Part shown: piece after piece, positions 37,046 through 47,244 of the stretch
Layout of the letters: each line of letters begins with the position of its first letter
How positions within the stretch are numbered: position 1 is the first letter of the stretch
From: an uncultured Spirochaetota bacterium
Lineage (GTDB): Bacteria > Spirochaetota > Spirochaetia > SZUA-6 > Fen-1364
DNA length: 64,000 nucleotides
NCBI GenBank assembly: GCA_963845535.1
Contig: CAWJSK010000012.1
Location: 736,001 to 800,000, forward strand
Reading direction: 5' to 3'
The notes under the pieces: generated by a model
The model's database searches: none
What the model saw: only the letters and a program-made list of their open reading frames with translations
What the model was told of the DNA's origin: nothing
Position numbers and translations under genes: made by a program

Positions 37046-39508
37046 CGGATTGCCCTTGTGCGGGATCGGTGGGTTCGTATCAGGGGCCGGCACATCGATG
37101 GGAGGCTTCGCGGCGCCTGCGCCGGCCATGTCGGTGTCGATGAGAGACCTTCGGAGGTTCTCCTCGATCGTCTCGGCGCGGCTGGCATTGTATTCATCCA
37201 CCTCGTCGAAGGTCTTCGGCTCCGTGCCGGCAAGGAATATCTCGTCAATCGTTTTCTTCGTGTACGCCGTGGGGAGGAGACCAGAGGTTGCGCTGACCTC
37301 CATGTCCACGAGCCCCGTCGGGGGCCGGTCGAACTGCCTGATCGGCAGGCCCTGATGGACCGCCTTCATGAACTTTGCCCAGGTCGGACCCGCGATGGCC
37401 GCGCCGGTAAGCTCCGTTCCCAGAGACCTGTTTCCCTCGTCGAAGCCGTACCACACGGCCGTGCACAGATAGGGGGAGAAACCGACTGTCCATGCGTCGG
37501 ACCAGTTCTGCGTCGTTCCCGTCTTGCCGGCGTACGGCTGGCTCTTGCCGCTCCATATGTCCAGCAGGTTGCCCACGCCGCCAAGTGAGCCTTCCTTGAT
37601 GACGCTCTGCAGCATGCTCGTCATGATGTACGCCGTCTGCGGGCTCATGATCTGCGCGGCGTCTCCTTTGCGCGCCTCCTGTTCCAGGACCTTCTTCGCC
37701 GGCTCGAGGATGACCTTGCCGTTCCTGTCCTCCACGTAGCGGATTGCCACGGGCACGACCTCGCGGCCCCCGTTGGCAAAGACGGAGTACGCCCGCGCCA
37801 TCTGAAGCGGGGACACGCTGACAACGCCCAGCCCCAGGGGATAGTAACGCGGGAAAGTCTTCTCGATCTCCGCCGGATCAGTGATCCCCAGCATGCGGCT
37901 TGCCCGCTGGATGGCGGCGTCGAATCCAATCCCGTCCAGGATCTTCAGGGACGGCACATTCATGGACTCGGCAAGCGCGTCACGCATCAGGACGCGCCCG
38001 TGCCACTCCCCCTTGTAGTTCAGCGGCTCGTACAGCGTGCCGTCCGGGTTGGTGAATACAACGGGAGCGTCCAGGATCATTGTGGCCGGGGTGAACATGC
38101 GTGAATCGATGGCCGCGGAGTAATACAGCGGCTTGAACGCGGAGCCGGGCTCCACGCGCGCTTGCGTTGCCCGGTTGAACTGGTCCACGCCGAAATCCTT
38201 GCCGCCCACCATGGCCATGATGTACCCGTTGCTCGGATCGATGCTGATGAGGGCCCCCTGCACCTGCGTCCGGCGGGCCACGTTGAACGCGGCCGCATCC
38301 CCGGCGGCGACAATGCCCTGGGGGCGGTCCAGGGAGAACATCGACGTGGCAAGCTCCACGACGGGATTGATGCTCGTTGCGTACTGGCGCTTCGCGCTCG
38401 CGGAGACGTTGCGGTCCCGGTTCAAAAGCTCGTCGATGTTGTAGGACAGACCCAGCATGTCCATCACCGGGAGAAGCGCCGCGCTCGCCTGGGCCGTGCG
38501 CTGCTTCGTCAGGTCGAGGTAGCGGTTGTTGACCGCTTCGATATCCTCCGCCATGCGCTCCTGCGCTACTTTCTGGTAGTCGAGATCGAGAGTTGTGTGA
38601 ACAACGAGTCCGTCAGTGAGGATGTCGTAGGAGCCGCCGAGCATGTCCTCGAGCTGGCTTCGAATGTATTCGCTGAACCAGGGCGCCTTGTCCTCACGCT
38701 CATAGTAGGCGGTGGAATTGGGTCGGGTGTAATCGTATTTCGACCAGTAGTCGCTGAAGGAGGAGTCCGCGTCCTGCTGCGTCACGTATCCCAGGCCCAC
38801 CATCTGATCCAGCACGAGTCGCTGCAGCTTCTGCGCGCGCTGCGGGTTCTTGATGGGAGAATAGAGGCCGGGCTTGGCGAGCTGGATCACGAGCATCACG
38901 GACTCCGCCAGCGTGTCCTCCTGGACGGGATGCCGGAAGAAGAACTTGCTGGCGGCTTGCACGCCCTGCGTGTTGTGCCCGAAAGGCATCTCGTTGAGGT
39001 ACATCTGGAGGATCTCCTGCTTGGTGTACCTGCGCTCCATCTGGATTGCCCACCACAGCTCCACGAGCTTGCGCCGGATGGAAATGTCGGACCTGTTCGC
39101 GTATAGGCGTCCTGCCAGTTGCTGCGTCAGCGTGCTTGCCCCCGAGACGTAGCGCCCGGTCACGATGTTGAAAAGCGCGCGCGCCATGCCCCGGAGGCTG
39201 AAGCCGTGATGGGAAAAAAAATCGCGGTCTTCCCGCGTGAGGAGGGCGTCGATGAGGTAGCGCGGCACCTGGTCAAGGGTGACCAACTCCCGGTTCTGGT
39301 CTCCGAAGAACTCCGTGATCACCCTGTCATGGATGTCGAGGACCTTCGTGGGGAGAGCCATGGCGCGGTCAGCGAACATCTCTTTTTCGGAGATATTTCT
39401 CGTGGCGGCCAGGGCCAGCCCGAGAGCAGCCCCCAGGAGCAGCGCGGAAACACTGGCGGCGGTTAGCAGTCGCCGGAAAAGGGTACTCGCGGGGGGGACG
39501 CCAGGCAC
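37034..39508 (-). CDS. Class A penicillin-binding protein (PBP1A family)
   Basis: GT51 EDRDFFSHHG, GASTLTQQL, RKLVE; transpeptidase GSAFKP (SxxK), SMN, KTGT. Confidence 0.92.
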   Translation of the reverse strand: MPGVPPASTLFRRLLTAASVSALLLGAALGLALAATRNISEKEMFADRAMALPTKVLDIHDRVITEFFGDQNRELVTLDQVPRYLIDALLTREDRDFFSHHGFSLRGMARALFNIVTGRYVSGASTLTQQLAGRLYANRSDISIRRKLVELWWAIQMERRYTKQEILQMYLNEMPFGHNTQGVQAASKFFFRHPVQEDTLAESVMLVIQLAKPGLYSPIKNPQRAQKLQRLVLDQMVGLGYVTQQDADSSFSDYWSKYDYTRPNSTAYYEREDKAPWFSEYIRSQLEDMLGGSYDILTDGLVVHTTLDLDYQKVAQERMAEDIEAVNNRYLDLTKQRTAQASAALLPVMDMLGLSYNIDELLNRDRNVSASAKRQYATSINPVVELATSMFSLDRPQGIVAAGDAAAFNVARRTQVQGALISIDPSNGYIMAMVGGKDFGVDQFNRATQARVEPGSAFKPLYYSAAIDSRMFTPATMILDAPVVFTNPDGTLYEPLNYKGEWHGRVLMRDALAESMNVPSLKILDGIGFDAAIQRASRMLGITDPAEIEKTFPRYYPLGLGVVSVSPLQMARAYSVFANGGREVVPVAIRYVEDRNGKVILEPAKKVLEQEARKGDAAQIMSPQTAYIMTSMLQSVIKEGSLGGVGNLLDIWSGKSQPYAGKTGTTQNWSDAWTVGFSPYLCTAVWYGFDEGNRSLGTELTGAAIAGPTWAKFMKAVHQGLPIRQFDRPPTGLVDMEVSATSGLLPTAYTKKTIDEIFLAGTEPKTFDEVDEYNASRAETIEENLRRSLIDTDMAGAGAAKPPIDVPAPDTNPPIPHKGNPLLD

Positions 39509-39559
39509 AAGGAAAAGATACGTAACCGGAAACCCATGGTCAAAGCCAGGTGGGCAGCG

Positions 39560-40702
39560 TCACGCCAACGCCTTGATTCCCTTTTCATAGACCCGGTACG
39601 TCTTTACGCGGTCCAGCCCAAGTTTCTCCAGCGCGTTCCTGATCCTGAGGTTGTCCTCCAGGATATAATTTGCCTCCAGCCTCCGTATCTTCGGCGAGAG
39701 GGCTCGAAATATCTGGAGATAGAGAAGCACATCCAGGCCTTTGCCCTGGTAGCGCGGCAGAACGGCCAGGGCGAACAAACGGTAGTCCGGAAGCTTTTTG
39801 ACCCCCGTGAGGAGCCTGAGAAACCCGAGGGGGAAGAGGCGACCATCCACTTTCTTCAGTATCATGTTGAGGTCGGGGAACCCGAGGGCGAAACCCACCG
39901 GCTTTCCTTCATCCAGCACGAACCAGACCGCATCAGGGTCCGCAATGGGACGCAGCTTTCGGAACATCTCCTGGAACTCGTCGCGCTCCAGAGGCACATA
40001 GCCCCAATTGTCCTTGAGGGCGACATTGGAGATATCCATGATGGCATCAGCGTCACGGGCGAGGTTGCGCATGGAGATTCGCCGGACGGTCAGGTTGGGG
40101 TTGCGGGCGAGCAGCCTGTCGGCGAAGTCCCGAAACCTGCGCGGGATGTCGTAGCCTCGATCAGTGCTTGCCTCGTACGCAAGGAGATCCTTTGCTTTCG
40201 AGTAGCCGAGAGACATCATGAAATCGTTGTAATAGGGGGGATTGTAAGGCGCCATGAAAACCGGAGCGGCCTGGAAGCCCTCGGAGAGGAACCCCCAGCT
40301 TTCAGAGATGGGATGGATGGGCCCGCGCACCGTCTGCATTCCCCGCCGGGAAAGCCAGGCAACGGCCGCCTCATCAAGCGCGGAGGCGATTGACAGGTCC
40401 TCCACGCATTCAAAGGCGCCGAAGAATCCGGTCCTGGCGCCGTAGAACGCGTTGAAGTTATTGTCGATGTAGACGAGGCTCCTTCCCAGGACGTCCCTGC
40501 CGTCCTCCGCCAGGACGAGCGTAAAATCGGAATGCGAAAGGATGGCGTTCTTTCGAGGAGTGTAGGCGCTCTTTTCATCCACCCACAAAGGCGGAGCCCA
40601 GAACGGATCCTCCCGGTACAAACGCCGGGGGAACGAAACGAACCGCCTGAGGTCTGCTTTCGAAGCGACTTCGCGGATGCGCATGCGGGTTTTCAGCTTC
40701 AC
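39560..40702 (-). CDS. GNAT-fold N-acetyltransferase (YghO-like)
   Basis: FPRRLY, GFFGAFEC, PYNPPYY, NWGYVP, PDLN, YQGKG, ILEDN, KTYRVY. Confidence 0.8.
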   Translation of the reverse strand: MKLKTRMRIREVASKADLRRFVSFPRRLYREDPFWAPPLWVDEKSAYTPRKNAILSHSDFTLVLAEDGRDVLGRSLVYIDNNFNAFYGARTGFFGAFECVEDLSIASALDEAAVAWLSRRGMQTVRGPIHPISESWGFLSEGFQAAPVFMAPYNPPYYNDFMMSLGYSKAKDLLAYEASTDRGYDIPRRFRDFADRLLARNPNLTVRRISMRNLARDADAIMDISNVALKDNWGYVPLERDEFQEMFRKLRPIADPDAVWFVLDEGKPVGFALGFPDLNMILKKVDGRLFPLGFLRLLTGVKKLPDYRLFALAVLPRYQGKGLDVLLYLQIFRALSPKIRRLEANYILEDNLRIRNALEKLGLDRVKTYRVYEKGIKALA

Positions 40703-40784
40703 GCCATGATATGGCCTGAAGCCTCTTCCTGCAAGCGAGCGGATGCGGCGCGCGTCCCTGGATCAACGTACCCGATCTGAAGAC

Positions 40785-41066
40785 CTACCAGATCTCGAAA
40801 AGAAGGGGCTGGGCGCCGAGGCTGGAAACGAGCACGGGGTGTCGCGAGCGCGAGAGGCCCACACAGGCCCCCCGGTCCGCCACTACATCCCGGACGCATT
40901 CGCTGATCCAGGCAGTGCCTGACAGCACGTGCACGTGTCTGCGGGCGCGCGGTATGCGGAGCAGCTCTCCGGGCAAGAGCGCCAGTCGGAGCACGGGCCG
41001 CGCTTCTTTTGCGGCCACCCCTCTGGCGGCATTCTGAAAGATCATGCTGATATCGGCGCCGCTCAT
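40785..41066 (-). CDS. DUF2917-like small beta-rich protein
   Basis: LLPGELL...VLSGTAWIS...D...G pattern; ATGA-coupled to the Lrp gene. Confidence 0.6.
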   Translation of the reverse strand: MSGADISMIFQNAARGVAAKEARPVLRLALLPGELLRIPRARRHVHVLSGTAWISECVRDVVADRGACVGLSRSRHPVLVSSLGAQPLLFEIW

Positions 41067-41542
41067 GATAAGCTCCCTTCTTCCATCTCTGCCCTTGCCG
41101 GCTCGACGTAATTTGTTTCCTTGTACGACGAAAGGACAATGTTCGTTACTGACCTGATCGAATCCGACCTGCTCTTGATTGCCATGAGGAGCCGCTCAAG
41201 CTGCTTCGGCCCTTCCGCCCTGATCTTCAGGATGTAGCAGTCCTCTCCCGCCACATTGTGGCATTCCAGGATGTCGGGTTCCGCCGCGCACAGCTTCTGG
41301 ATGGCCGCGTTGATGGTCTGGTTCGTCGCGTTCACTCGGACAAACGCGAGCATGGGCTTGCCCAGCATGTCGGCGTTCACGATGGCCACGTAGCGCTTGA
41401 GGATTCCCTTTTTCTCCAGCTTCTTGACGCGCTCATGCACGGAGGAAGCGGTGAGGCCCACCTTGTCGGCAATCTCCGCGTTCGAGAGGCGCGCATTTTC
41501 CTGGAGGATACTGATGATCTTTTTGTCTGTTGCATCGATCAT
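41063..41542 (-). CDS. Lrp/AsnC family transcriptional regulator
   Basis: IDATDKKIISILQENARLS, RVKKLEKKGIL, ECHNVAGEDCYILK. Confidence 0.93.
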   Translation of the reverse strand: MIDATDKKIISILQENARLSNAEIADKVGLTASSVHERVKKLEKKGILKRYVAIVNADMLGKPMLAFVRVNATNQTINAAIQKLCAAEPDILECHNVAGEDCYILKIRAEGPKQLERLLMAIKSRSDSIRSVTNIVLSSYKETNYVEPARAEMEEGSLS

Positions 41543-41577
41543 GCATATATCATACTGCCAATTGAGTATTATGTCAA
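41543..41577 (-). promoter_or_regulatory. Near-consensus sigma70 promoter, leaderless lrp mRNA
   Basis: TTGACA(41577-72)-17nt-TATGAT(41554-49)-6nt-ATG(41542). Confidence 0.75.
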
Positions 41578-41581
41578 ATGG

Positions 41582-41611
41582 TATTTGGCAAATATATCAA
41601 TTTGCCAAATA
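41582..41611. promoter_or_regulatory. Perfect 12-bp inverted repeat, putative operator
   Basis: TATTTGGCAAAT-atatca-ATTTGCCAAATA between divergent promoters. Confidence 0.7.
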
Positions 41612-41679
41612 ATATTCGGAAGCATAGCCTGATACACGTCGCCTTGCGCTCACCCTGCGCTCTCAGCTACACTCCCTCC

Positions 41680-42228
41680 ATGAGAAAGCTCATCCAGCAG
41701 TATGCGAAGGACCTTACCTCAGGTCGCCTCGAATCGGGATACGAGCACTCCTTTCGGGTCTACCATCTCACCCGTGAGATAGGAGAGGAAGCGAGCTATG
41801 ATGACGACGTTCTGCACGCCGCATGCTTCCTCCACGACATCGAGATGTCGAAAGGCCACCCCCGCAGCTCCGCGGAAAAGGCGGAGGCAATCCTCCATGA
41901 GACGGGGTTCGTCCCCGACAAGATCCCGCTGGTGATCGACGCAATCCTCAACCACATGCCGGATGGCTCCCCCTCCACAACGGAGGCCATGCTTCTCTTC
42001 GACGCCAACCTGCTGGATTCCATCGGCGCGGTGGGCTTTGCCCGCCTGGCCGCCGGCGCGGTGGTGTGGTACCACTACTCGACAATGAAGGAAGTCCTGG
42101 ACTACATCACCCGCGAGCTTTCCTTCACGCAGAAACTCCACTTCGACACGAGCCGCAGGCTCGCGGAGGACAAGATCGCCTTCACAAAGAAGGCAATCGA
42201 ACAGTTCGCCAAAGAGCTGCACCTGTAG
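41680..42228 (+). CDS. HD-domain protein
   Basis: EHSFRV, ACFLHDI, H, DANLLDSIGAVG; TTGCGC-18-TACACT-6nt-ATG. Confidence 0.85.
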   Translation: MRKLIQQYAKDLTSGRLESGYEHSFRVYHLTREIGEEASYDDDVLHAACFLHDIEMSKGHPRSSAEKAEAILHETGFVPDKIPLVIDAILNHMPDGSPSTTEAMLLFDANLLDSIGAVGFARLAAGAVVWYHYSTMKEVLDYITRELSFTQKLHFDTSRRLAEDKIAFTKKAIEQFAKELHL

Positions 42229-42237
42229 GCTGAAGCC

Positions 42238-43455
42238 ATGCCTCAGGGTACGGCGCGGCGGTTTCTCGCCGAAGGGCACCTGATCGACTCCGGGCTTCTC
42301 ACCCGGATGCTCAACCTCATTGTCGACTCTGGCGCCGACTACGAAGTCGTCACCTTCCACATGGGCAAAGTCCGCACGGACCCCTCCCGTCTCGAGCTCG
42401 AGGTGAAATGCGCCAGCGACGAGCAGCTCGCCTCTCTCACCGGCCTCCTCGTCTCCCAGGGCTGTTACGAAAAATCCGTCGGGGAGGCGCTCCTGCGCCT
42501 GGCAGCAAAGGATTCGTGCGTCCCCGAGGACTTCTATGCCACCACCAACCGGCGGACACAGGTCTTCCGGGAAGGAGCCTGGCAGGACGTTACCGAGATG
42601 CGCATGGACGGGGTGATCGTTGCCGAAAGCCTTGGGCTGCGCTGCCGCTTGATCCGTGACGTGAAGGAAGGGGATCGGATCGTCTGCACCAGCCGTTCCG
42701 TTCGGGTTTTCCCCCTGTTTCGAGACGAAGAAAGCGAAGAGTTCGGTTTCATGACGAGCGACGTTTCCTCCGAGAGAAGCGTGGATGTCGCCGTCTCCAA
42801 GGTTGCGAAGGAGCTGGCCCGGCAAAGGCGGGACGGAGGAAAAGTCATCATCGTCGGAGGGCCGGTTGTCATCCACACCGGTGGCGGCCCCGCGCTGGCG
42901 TCCCTCATCAGCCAGGGCTACGTGTCGGGCCTCCTGGCCGGCAACGCGCTTGCCGTGCATGACGTCGAAAGCGCCCTGTTCGGAACGTCACTCGGAATCG
43001 ACCTGACCACGGGAAAACCGGTTCATGAAGGGCACCGCAACCACATCAGGGCAATCAACGCCATTTTTCGTCATGGCTCCATCCGCGGCGCGGTGGAGGC
43101 GGGCGCCATCACCGAAGGCGTGATGTTTGCCTGCGTGAAGGCGGGCGTGCCCTTCTTCCTTGCCGGGTCACTCCGTGACGACGGCCCGCTGCCCGAGACG
43201 GAGATGGACATGCTGCGCGCCCAGCGGCAGTACATGGACATGGCGCGGGGAGCGTCCCTCGTCATCATGCTCTCCAGCATGCTGCACTCCATAGCCACCG
43301 GAAACATGATCCCCGCGTGGGTCAAGACGATATGCGTTGACATCAACCCCGCGGTCGTGACAAAACTCTCAGACAGAGGCTCCGGCCAGACCATCGGGAT
43401 CGTCACCGACGTCGGCCTTTTCCTCAGATCCCTCGCGGAAAAACTCCAGAGGTAA
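42238..43455 (+). CDS. TIGR00300 / LOR-SDH family protein (ArgZ/AgrE C-terminal-type ornithine cyclodeaminase)
   Basis: GHLIDSG, PEDFYATTN, RMDG, FGFMTSDVSSER, GNALAVHDVE, LAGSLRDDGPLP, KLSDRGS. Confidence 0.85.
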   Translation: MPQGTARRFLAEGHLIDSGLLTRMLNLIVDSGADYEVVTFHMGKVRTDPSRLELEVKCASDEQLASLTGLLVSQGCYEKSVGEALLRLAAKDSCVPEDFYATTNRRTQVFREGAWQDVTEMRMDGVIVAESLGLRCRLIRDVKEGDRIVCTSRSVRVFPLFRDEESEEFGFMTSDVSSERSVDVAVSKVAKELARQRRDGGKVIIVGGPVVIHTGGGPALASLISQGYVSGLLAGNALAVHDVESALFGTSLGIDLTTGKPVHEGHRNHIRAINAIFRHGSIRGAVEAGAITEGVMFACVKAGVPFFLAGSLRDDGPLPETEMDMLRAQRQYMDMARGASLVIMLSSMLHSIATGNMIPAWVKTICVDINPAVVTKLSDRGSGQTIGIVTDVGLFLRSLAEKLQR

Positions 43456-43462
43456 GACGTCA

Positions 43463-45037
43463 ATGGACACACAGAGCGCGAACGCGCGCAATGCATCTCC
43501 TCCCGCCCGTGAACTGCATCCCCTGGAGGTGAAGGTTCTTCTGCACGCCGCGGAGGGCGCGGAGGTAACCCAGGCCAGCCTCATAGCGGAGCTCTCGTAC
43601 AACATCGGGCAGGCCAACCAGGCGCTGAGCTGGCTGGCGGCAAAAGGGTTCGCGGCGGAGAAGTCCCGCGCCACCCGGGTGCTCTACGAGATCACGGACT
43701 TCGGCAGGGAATGCCTGGAAAAAGGCACCTATGAGGAGCGGATCATCAGGCTCCTTTCCGCGGAGGGGCCGCAGAGCCTCCCTGAGATCGCAAAGAAGCT
43801 CGGGCTGGACCCCAAGGACGTGGGTTCCGCTTTCGGCGGGCTGTCAAAGGAAAAAGTCCTCAGCATGGACGGGGAGAAGCGCGCCGCCGTTGCCCCGGGG
43901 TCTGGCGCCACCGGCTCCGTGGACGCCGTGCGCGCGCTCCTGGCCAAGGCTGCCCACGCCGGCGCGCTGGACGAACGGACGCTTTCCCCCCGGGAAAAGG
44001 AGCTCGCTTCTTCTCTTGCAAAAAAAAGAGGAAGCGCTACCAGCCTCTTCCGCCTGGTGGAGCGGGAGGAAGTGTCCTACGTCATCACCCCCTCGGGCGC
44101 GGAGGCGCGCGTTCAGCTTCAGAAGGCGGGGACAACGGGAGAAGAGGTGGGTAACCTCACCCCCGACATGCTGAGGACGGAAGCCTGGAAGAACGCGCAT
44201 TTTCGCCGCTACAACATCGACGTTCCCCCCACGCGGGTGCTGCCCGGCAGGAGCAACCCCTACTGCGTGTTCCTCGAGCGTCTCAAGGACAAGCTCTCCT
44301 CTCTTGGCTTCGAGGAGTTCGATGGTCCGCTCGTTGAAACAGAGTTCTGGAACGGGGACGCGCTCTTCATGCCGCAGTTCCACTCCGCGCGGGACATCCA
44401 CGACGTCTACTCCATGAAGGACCCCACGCACGCAAAGGAGATCGAGCAGCCCTGGCTGGACCAGGTGGCGGCAACGCATGAGAGCGGCTGGAAGACGGGC
44501 AGCAGGGGCTGGGGATACGGGTTTGACCGGGAGTTCACCCGAAGGCTCATCCTCCGCAGCCAGGGAACGGTGCTGTCCGCCAAGACGCTTCCGCACGCGA
44601 AGGTGCCGGGGAAATACTTCGGCGTGGTTCGCTGCTTCCGATACGACAAGGTGGATGCCACTCACCTCGCGGACTTCTACCAGACCGAGGGGATCGTCCT
44701 GGGTGAAGAGGTCAACCTTCGCACGCTCCTGGGCCTCCTCAAGATGTTCGCGGAAGAGGTGGCCATGGCAAAGGAAGTGAAATACGTGCCCGGCTTCTTC
44801 CCGTTCACCGAGCCTTCCGTGGAGGTGCACATCAAGCATCCCACGCTCGGCTGGTTCGAGCTGGGCGGGTCGGGGATCTTCCGGCCCGAGGTGACCGAGC
44901 CGCTGGGCGTGAAGGTCCCCGTGCTCGCATGGGGCCTGGGGATCGACAGGATGGCATTGACATCCATGGGGCTGCATGACATCCGGGACCTGTTCTCGAG
45001 CTCCATTGAGGACGTGCGCACCAGGAGGATGGGCTGA
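43463..45037 (+). CDS. pheS: Phenylalanine--tRNA ligase alpha subunit (archaeal/eukaryal type)
   Basis: 524 aa with long N-terminal extension; FWNGDALFMPQFHSARD, FYQTEG, FFPFTEPS, GSGIFRPE, AWGLGIDR. Confidence 0.93.
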   Translation: MDTQSANARNASPPARELHPLEVKVLLHAAEGAEVTQASLIAELSYNIGQANQALSWLAAKGFAAEKSRATRVLYEITDFGRECLEKGTYEERIIRLLSAEGPQSLPEIAKKLGLDPKDVGSAFGGLSKEKVLSMDGEKRAAVAPGSGATGSVDAVRALLAKAAHAGALDERTLSPREKELASSLAKKRGSATSLFRLVEREEVSYVITPSGAEARVQLQKAGTTGEEVGNLTPDMLRTEAWKNAHFRRYNIDVPPTRVLPGRSNPYCVFLERLKDKLSSLGFEEFDGPLVETEFWNGDALFMPQFHSARDIHDVYSMKDPTHAKEIEQPWLDQVAATHESGWKTGSRGWGYGFDREFTRRLILRSQGTVLSAKTLPHAKVPGKYFGVVRCFRYDKVDATHLADFYQTEGIVLGEEVNLRTLLGLLKMFAEEVAMAKEVKYVPGFFPFTEPSVEVHIKHPTLGWFELGGSGIFRPEVTEPLGVKVPVLAWGLGIDRMALTSMGLHDIRDLFSSSIEDVRTRRMG

Positions 45038-45041
45038 CACC

Positions 45042-46742
45042 ATGCCGAAAATCGACGTCAACGAAAAGCTTTTCTTCCGCGCGCTCGGGAAAAGGTTCAC
45101 CAAAGAGGAGCTTACGGAGCTTCTCACCGCGGCCAAGGCGGAGCTGGATGACTGGCCGGAGGGAGAGGGCGTCCTTCGCATCGAGCTGAATGACACGAAC
45201 AGGCCGGACCTGTGGTCTACCATGGGCCTTGCGCGCCAGCTTTCCATCTATCGCGGCGGCAAGATTCCCGCGTATCCGTTCTTCTCCCGGGAAGGCAAGA
45301 TCCAGAAGACGGATGACCGGAGCGTGGTTGTGGACGCCGGACTGAAAGAGATCAGGCCGTATATCGCGTCATTCGTGGCGGAGGGGCAGGAGGTCACGGA
45401 CGCGCTCCTTCGGGAGATCATCCAGTCCCAGGAGAAGCTCTGCGGCAACTTCGGTCGGAAGCGGAAGACCATAGCCATGGGCGTCTCCCGCGCGGACCTC
45501 ATCCACTGGCCGGTGCGCTACGACGCGGCTGATCCGGATGCAACGAAGTTCGTCCCGCTGGACTTCCAGAAACCCCTCTCAATGCGGGAGATCCTTTCCC
45601 AGCACCCCAAGGGCCGGGAGTACGGCCCGCTTGTTGCGGGCTTCCCGAAGTTTCCGCTTCTCTCTGACGGCACGGGTGAGGTCCTCACGTTCCCGCCCGT
45701 CATCAACTCCGCCCTCATTGGCGGCGTGCGCATTGGAGACAGCAGGCTATTCATCGACCTGACCGGTCCTGACCTGGACACCATCCTCATGGCGGCTTCG
45801 GTCACCGCGTGCGACTTCGCAGACATGGGCTTCACGGTCATGCCGGTGGCGGTCCAGTATCCATTCGACACCCCCTACGGCCGCACAATCGTCACTCCGT
45901 TCTATTTTCAAAAGGCCACCACGGTGGAGGTGGCGGACGCTGAGAAGCGGCTCGGCCAGAAGTTCTCCCCGTTGGAAGCCGCGGGACACGTCAGGAAGAT
46001 GGGCAACACGGTGAAAGTGGACGGCGCAAAGCTCATCGTCTCCCCGCCGGAGTACCGCAATGATTTTCTCCATCCCGTGGACGTGATAGAGGAGATCATG
46101 ATCGGGCGCGGAATGGAGACCTTCGAGCCCGTCATGCCCCGGGACTTCACGGTGGGCCGGATTTCCGAGGCGGAATGGCACGCGCGCAGCGTGAGGGAAA
46201 CGATGATCGGCCTCGGATACCAGGAGATGATCTACGGGTATCTGGGGGCGCGCAAGGATTTTGTCGAACGGATGGGCATTGACGGGCGGGACGTCATCGA
46301 GATCTCCAACCCCATGACGGAAAGCTACGACATTGTCCGAAACTCAATCCTCCCGAACCTCCTCACCTCGGAATCCGTTTCCGCGCACGCCGCCTACCCG
46401 CACCGCATCTTCGAGGTGGGCAAGGTCGTGGTGCGTGACCCGAAAGAGAACTACGGGTCCCGCACGCACAACACGCTGGCATTCCTCGTGGCGGACCGGG
46501 AGACAGGCTTCAACGAAGTGGATGCGCACCTGCTGGCGCTCTTCTATTACATGTCCCTGGAGCCGCAGCTTTCACCCCTGGAGGACCCGCGTTTCATCCC
46601 CGGCAGGGCTGCGGAGATTCGCGTCAAGGGAAAAAAAGTCGGAATCATGGGGGAGCTTCATCCGCAGTGTCTCGAGAACTGGGGCATCCAGATGCCGTGC
46701 GCCGCGGTTGAGCTTTCCCTGGACCTCATGCGGGAGGAGTAG
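45042..46742 (+). CDS. pheT: Phenylalanine--tRNA ligase beta subunit (archaeal type)
   Basis: 566 aa; NRPDLWS, QEKL, FPPVINS, RNDFLHPVDVIEE, GELHP; lacks B2 and B8 domains. Confidence 0.92.
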   Translation: MPKIDVNEKLFFRALGKRFTKEELTELLTAAKAELDDWPEGEGVLRIELNDTNRPDLWSTMGLARQLSIYRGGKIPAYPFFSREGKIQKTDDRSVVVDAGLKEIRPYIASFVAEGQEVTDALLREIIQSQEKLCGNFGRKRKTIAMGVSRADLIHWPVRYDAADPDATKFVPLDFQKPLSMREILSQHPKGREYGPLVAGFPKFPLLSDGTGEVLTFPPVINSALIGGVRIGDSRLFIDLTGPDLDTILMAASVTACDFADMGFTVMPVAVQYPFDTPYGRTIVTPFYFQKATTVEVADAEKRLGQKFSPLEAAGHVRKMGNTVKVDGAKLIVSPPEYRNDFLHPVDVIEEIMIGRGMETFEPVMPRDFTVGRISEAEWHARSVRETMIGLGYQEMIYGYLGARKDFVERMGIDGRDVIEISNPMTESYDIVRNSILPNLLTSESVSAHAAYPHRIFEVGKVVVRDPKENYGSRTHNTLAFLVADRETGFNEVDAHLLALFYYMSLEPQLSPLEDPRFIPGRAAEIRVKGKKVGIMGELHPQCLENWGIQMPCAAVELSLDLMREE

Positions 46743-46745
46743 GCC

Positions 46746-47234
46746 ATGGACGTGAACGTCACCTCGGTTGCCGTCACATTCCCGGAAGGCGCCAACATCA
46801 TCGTCGGCCAGTCTCACTTCATAAAGACCGCTGAAGACATCGCGGAGATCATGAGCTCTTCGGTGCCGGGAGCGAAATTCGGCCTGGCATTCTGCGAGGC
46901 TTCCGGTCCGTGCCTGATCAGGACTGAAGGCAATGATGAAACCCTCGTTGCGGAAGCGGTCCGCGCCGCGGAGGCGGTGGGCGCCGGCCACTCTTTTTTC
47001 CTGATCATCCGTGACTCGTATCCCATCAACGTCCTCAACCAGATCAAGTCATGTCAGGAAGTGTGCCGCATCTTCTGCGCCACGGCGAACCCTCTCCAAG
47101 TGCTCGTGGGCGGCACCGGGCAGGGCAAGGGGATCATGGGCGTCGTGGACGGGTTTTCGCCGAAGGGCGTGGAGAAGGACAAAGACAGGATGGATCGAAG
47201 GTCCATGCTGCGAAAGTTCGGCTACAAGTTCTAG
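46746..47234 (+). CDS. Adenosine-specific kinase family (DUF355-type) protein
   Basis: NIIVGQSHFIKT, FCEASG, PINVLN, IFCATANP, GVVDG, FGYK. Confidence 0.85.
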   Translation: MDVNVTSVAVTFPEGANIIVGQSHFIKTAEDIAEIMSSSVPGAKFGLAFCEASGPCLIRTEGNDETLVAEAVRAAEAVGAGHSFFLIIRDSYPINVLNQIKSCQEVCRIFCATANPLQVLVGGTGQGKGIMGVVDGFSPKGVEKDKDRMDRRSMLRKFGYKF

Positions 47235-47244
47235 GAGGTTCGTC

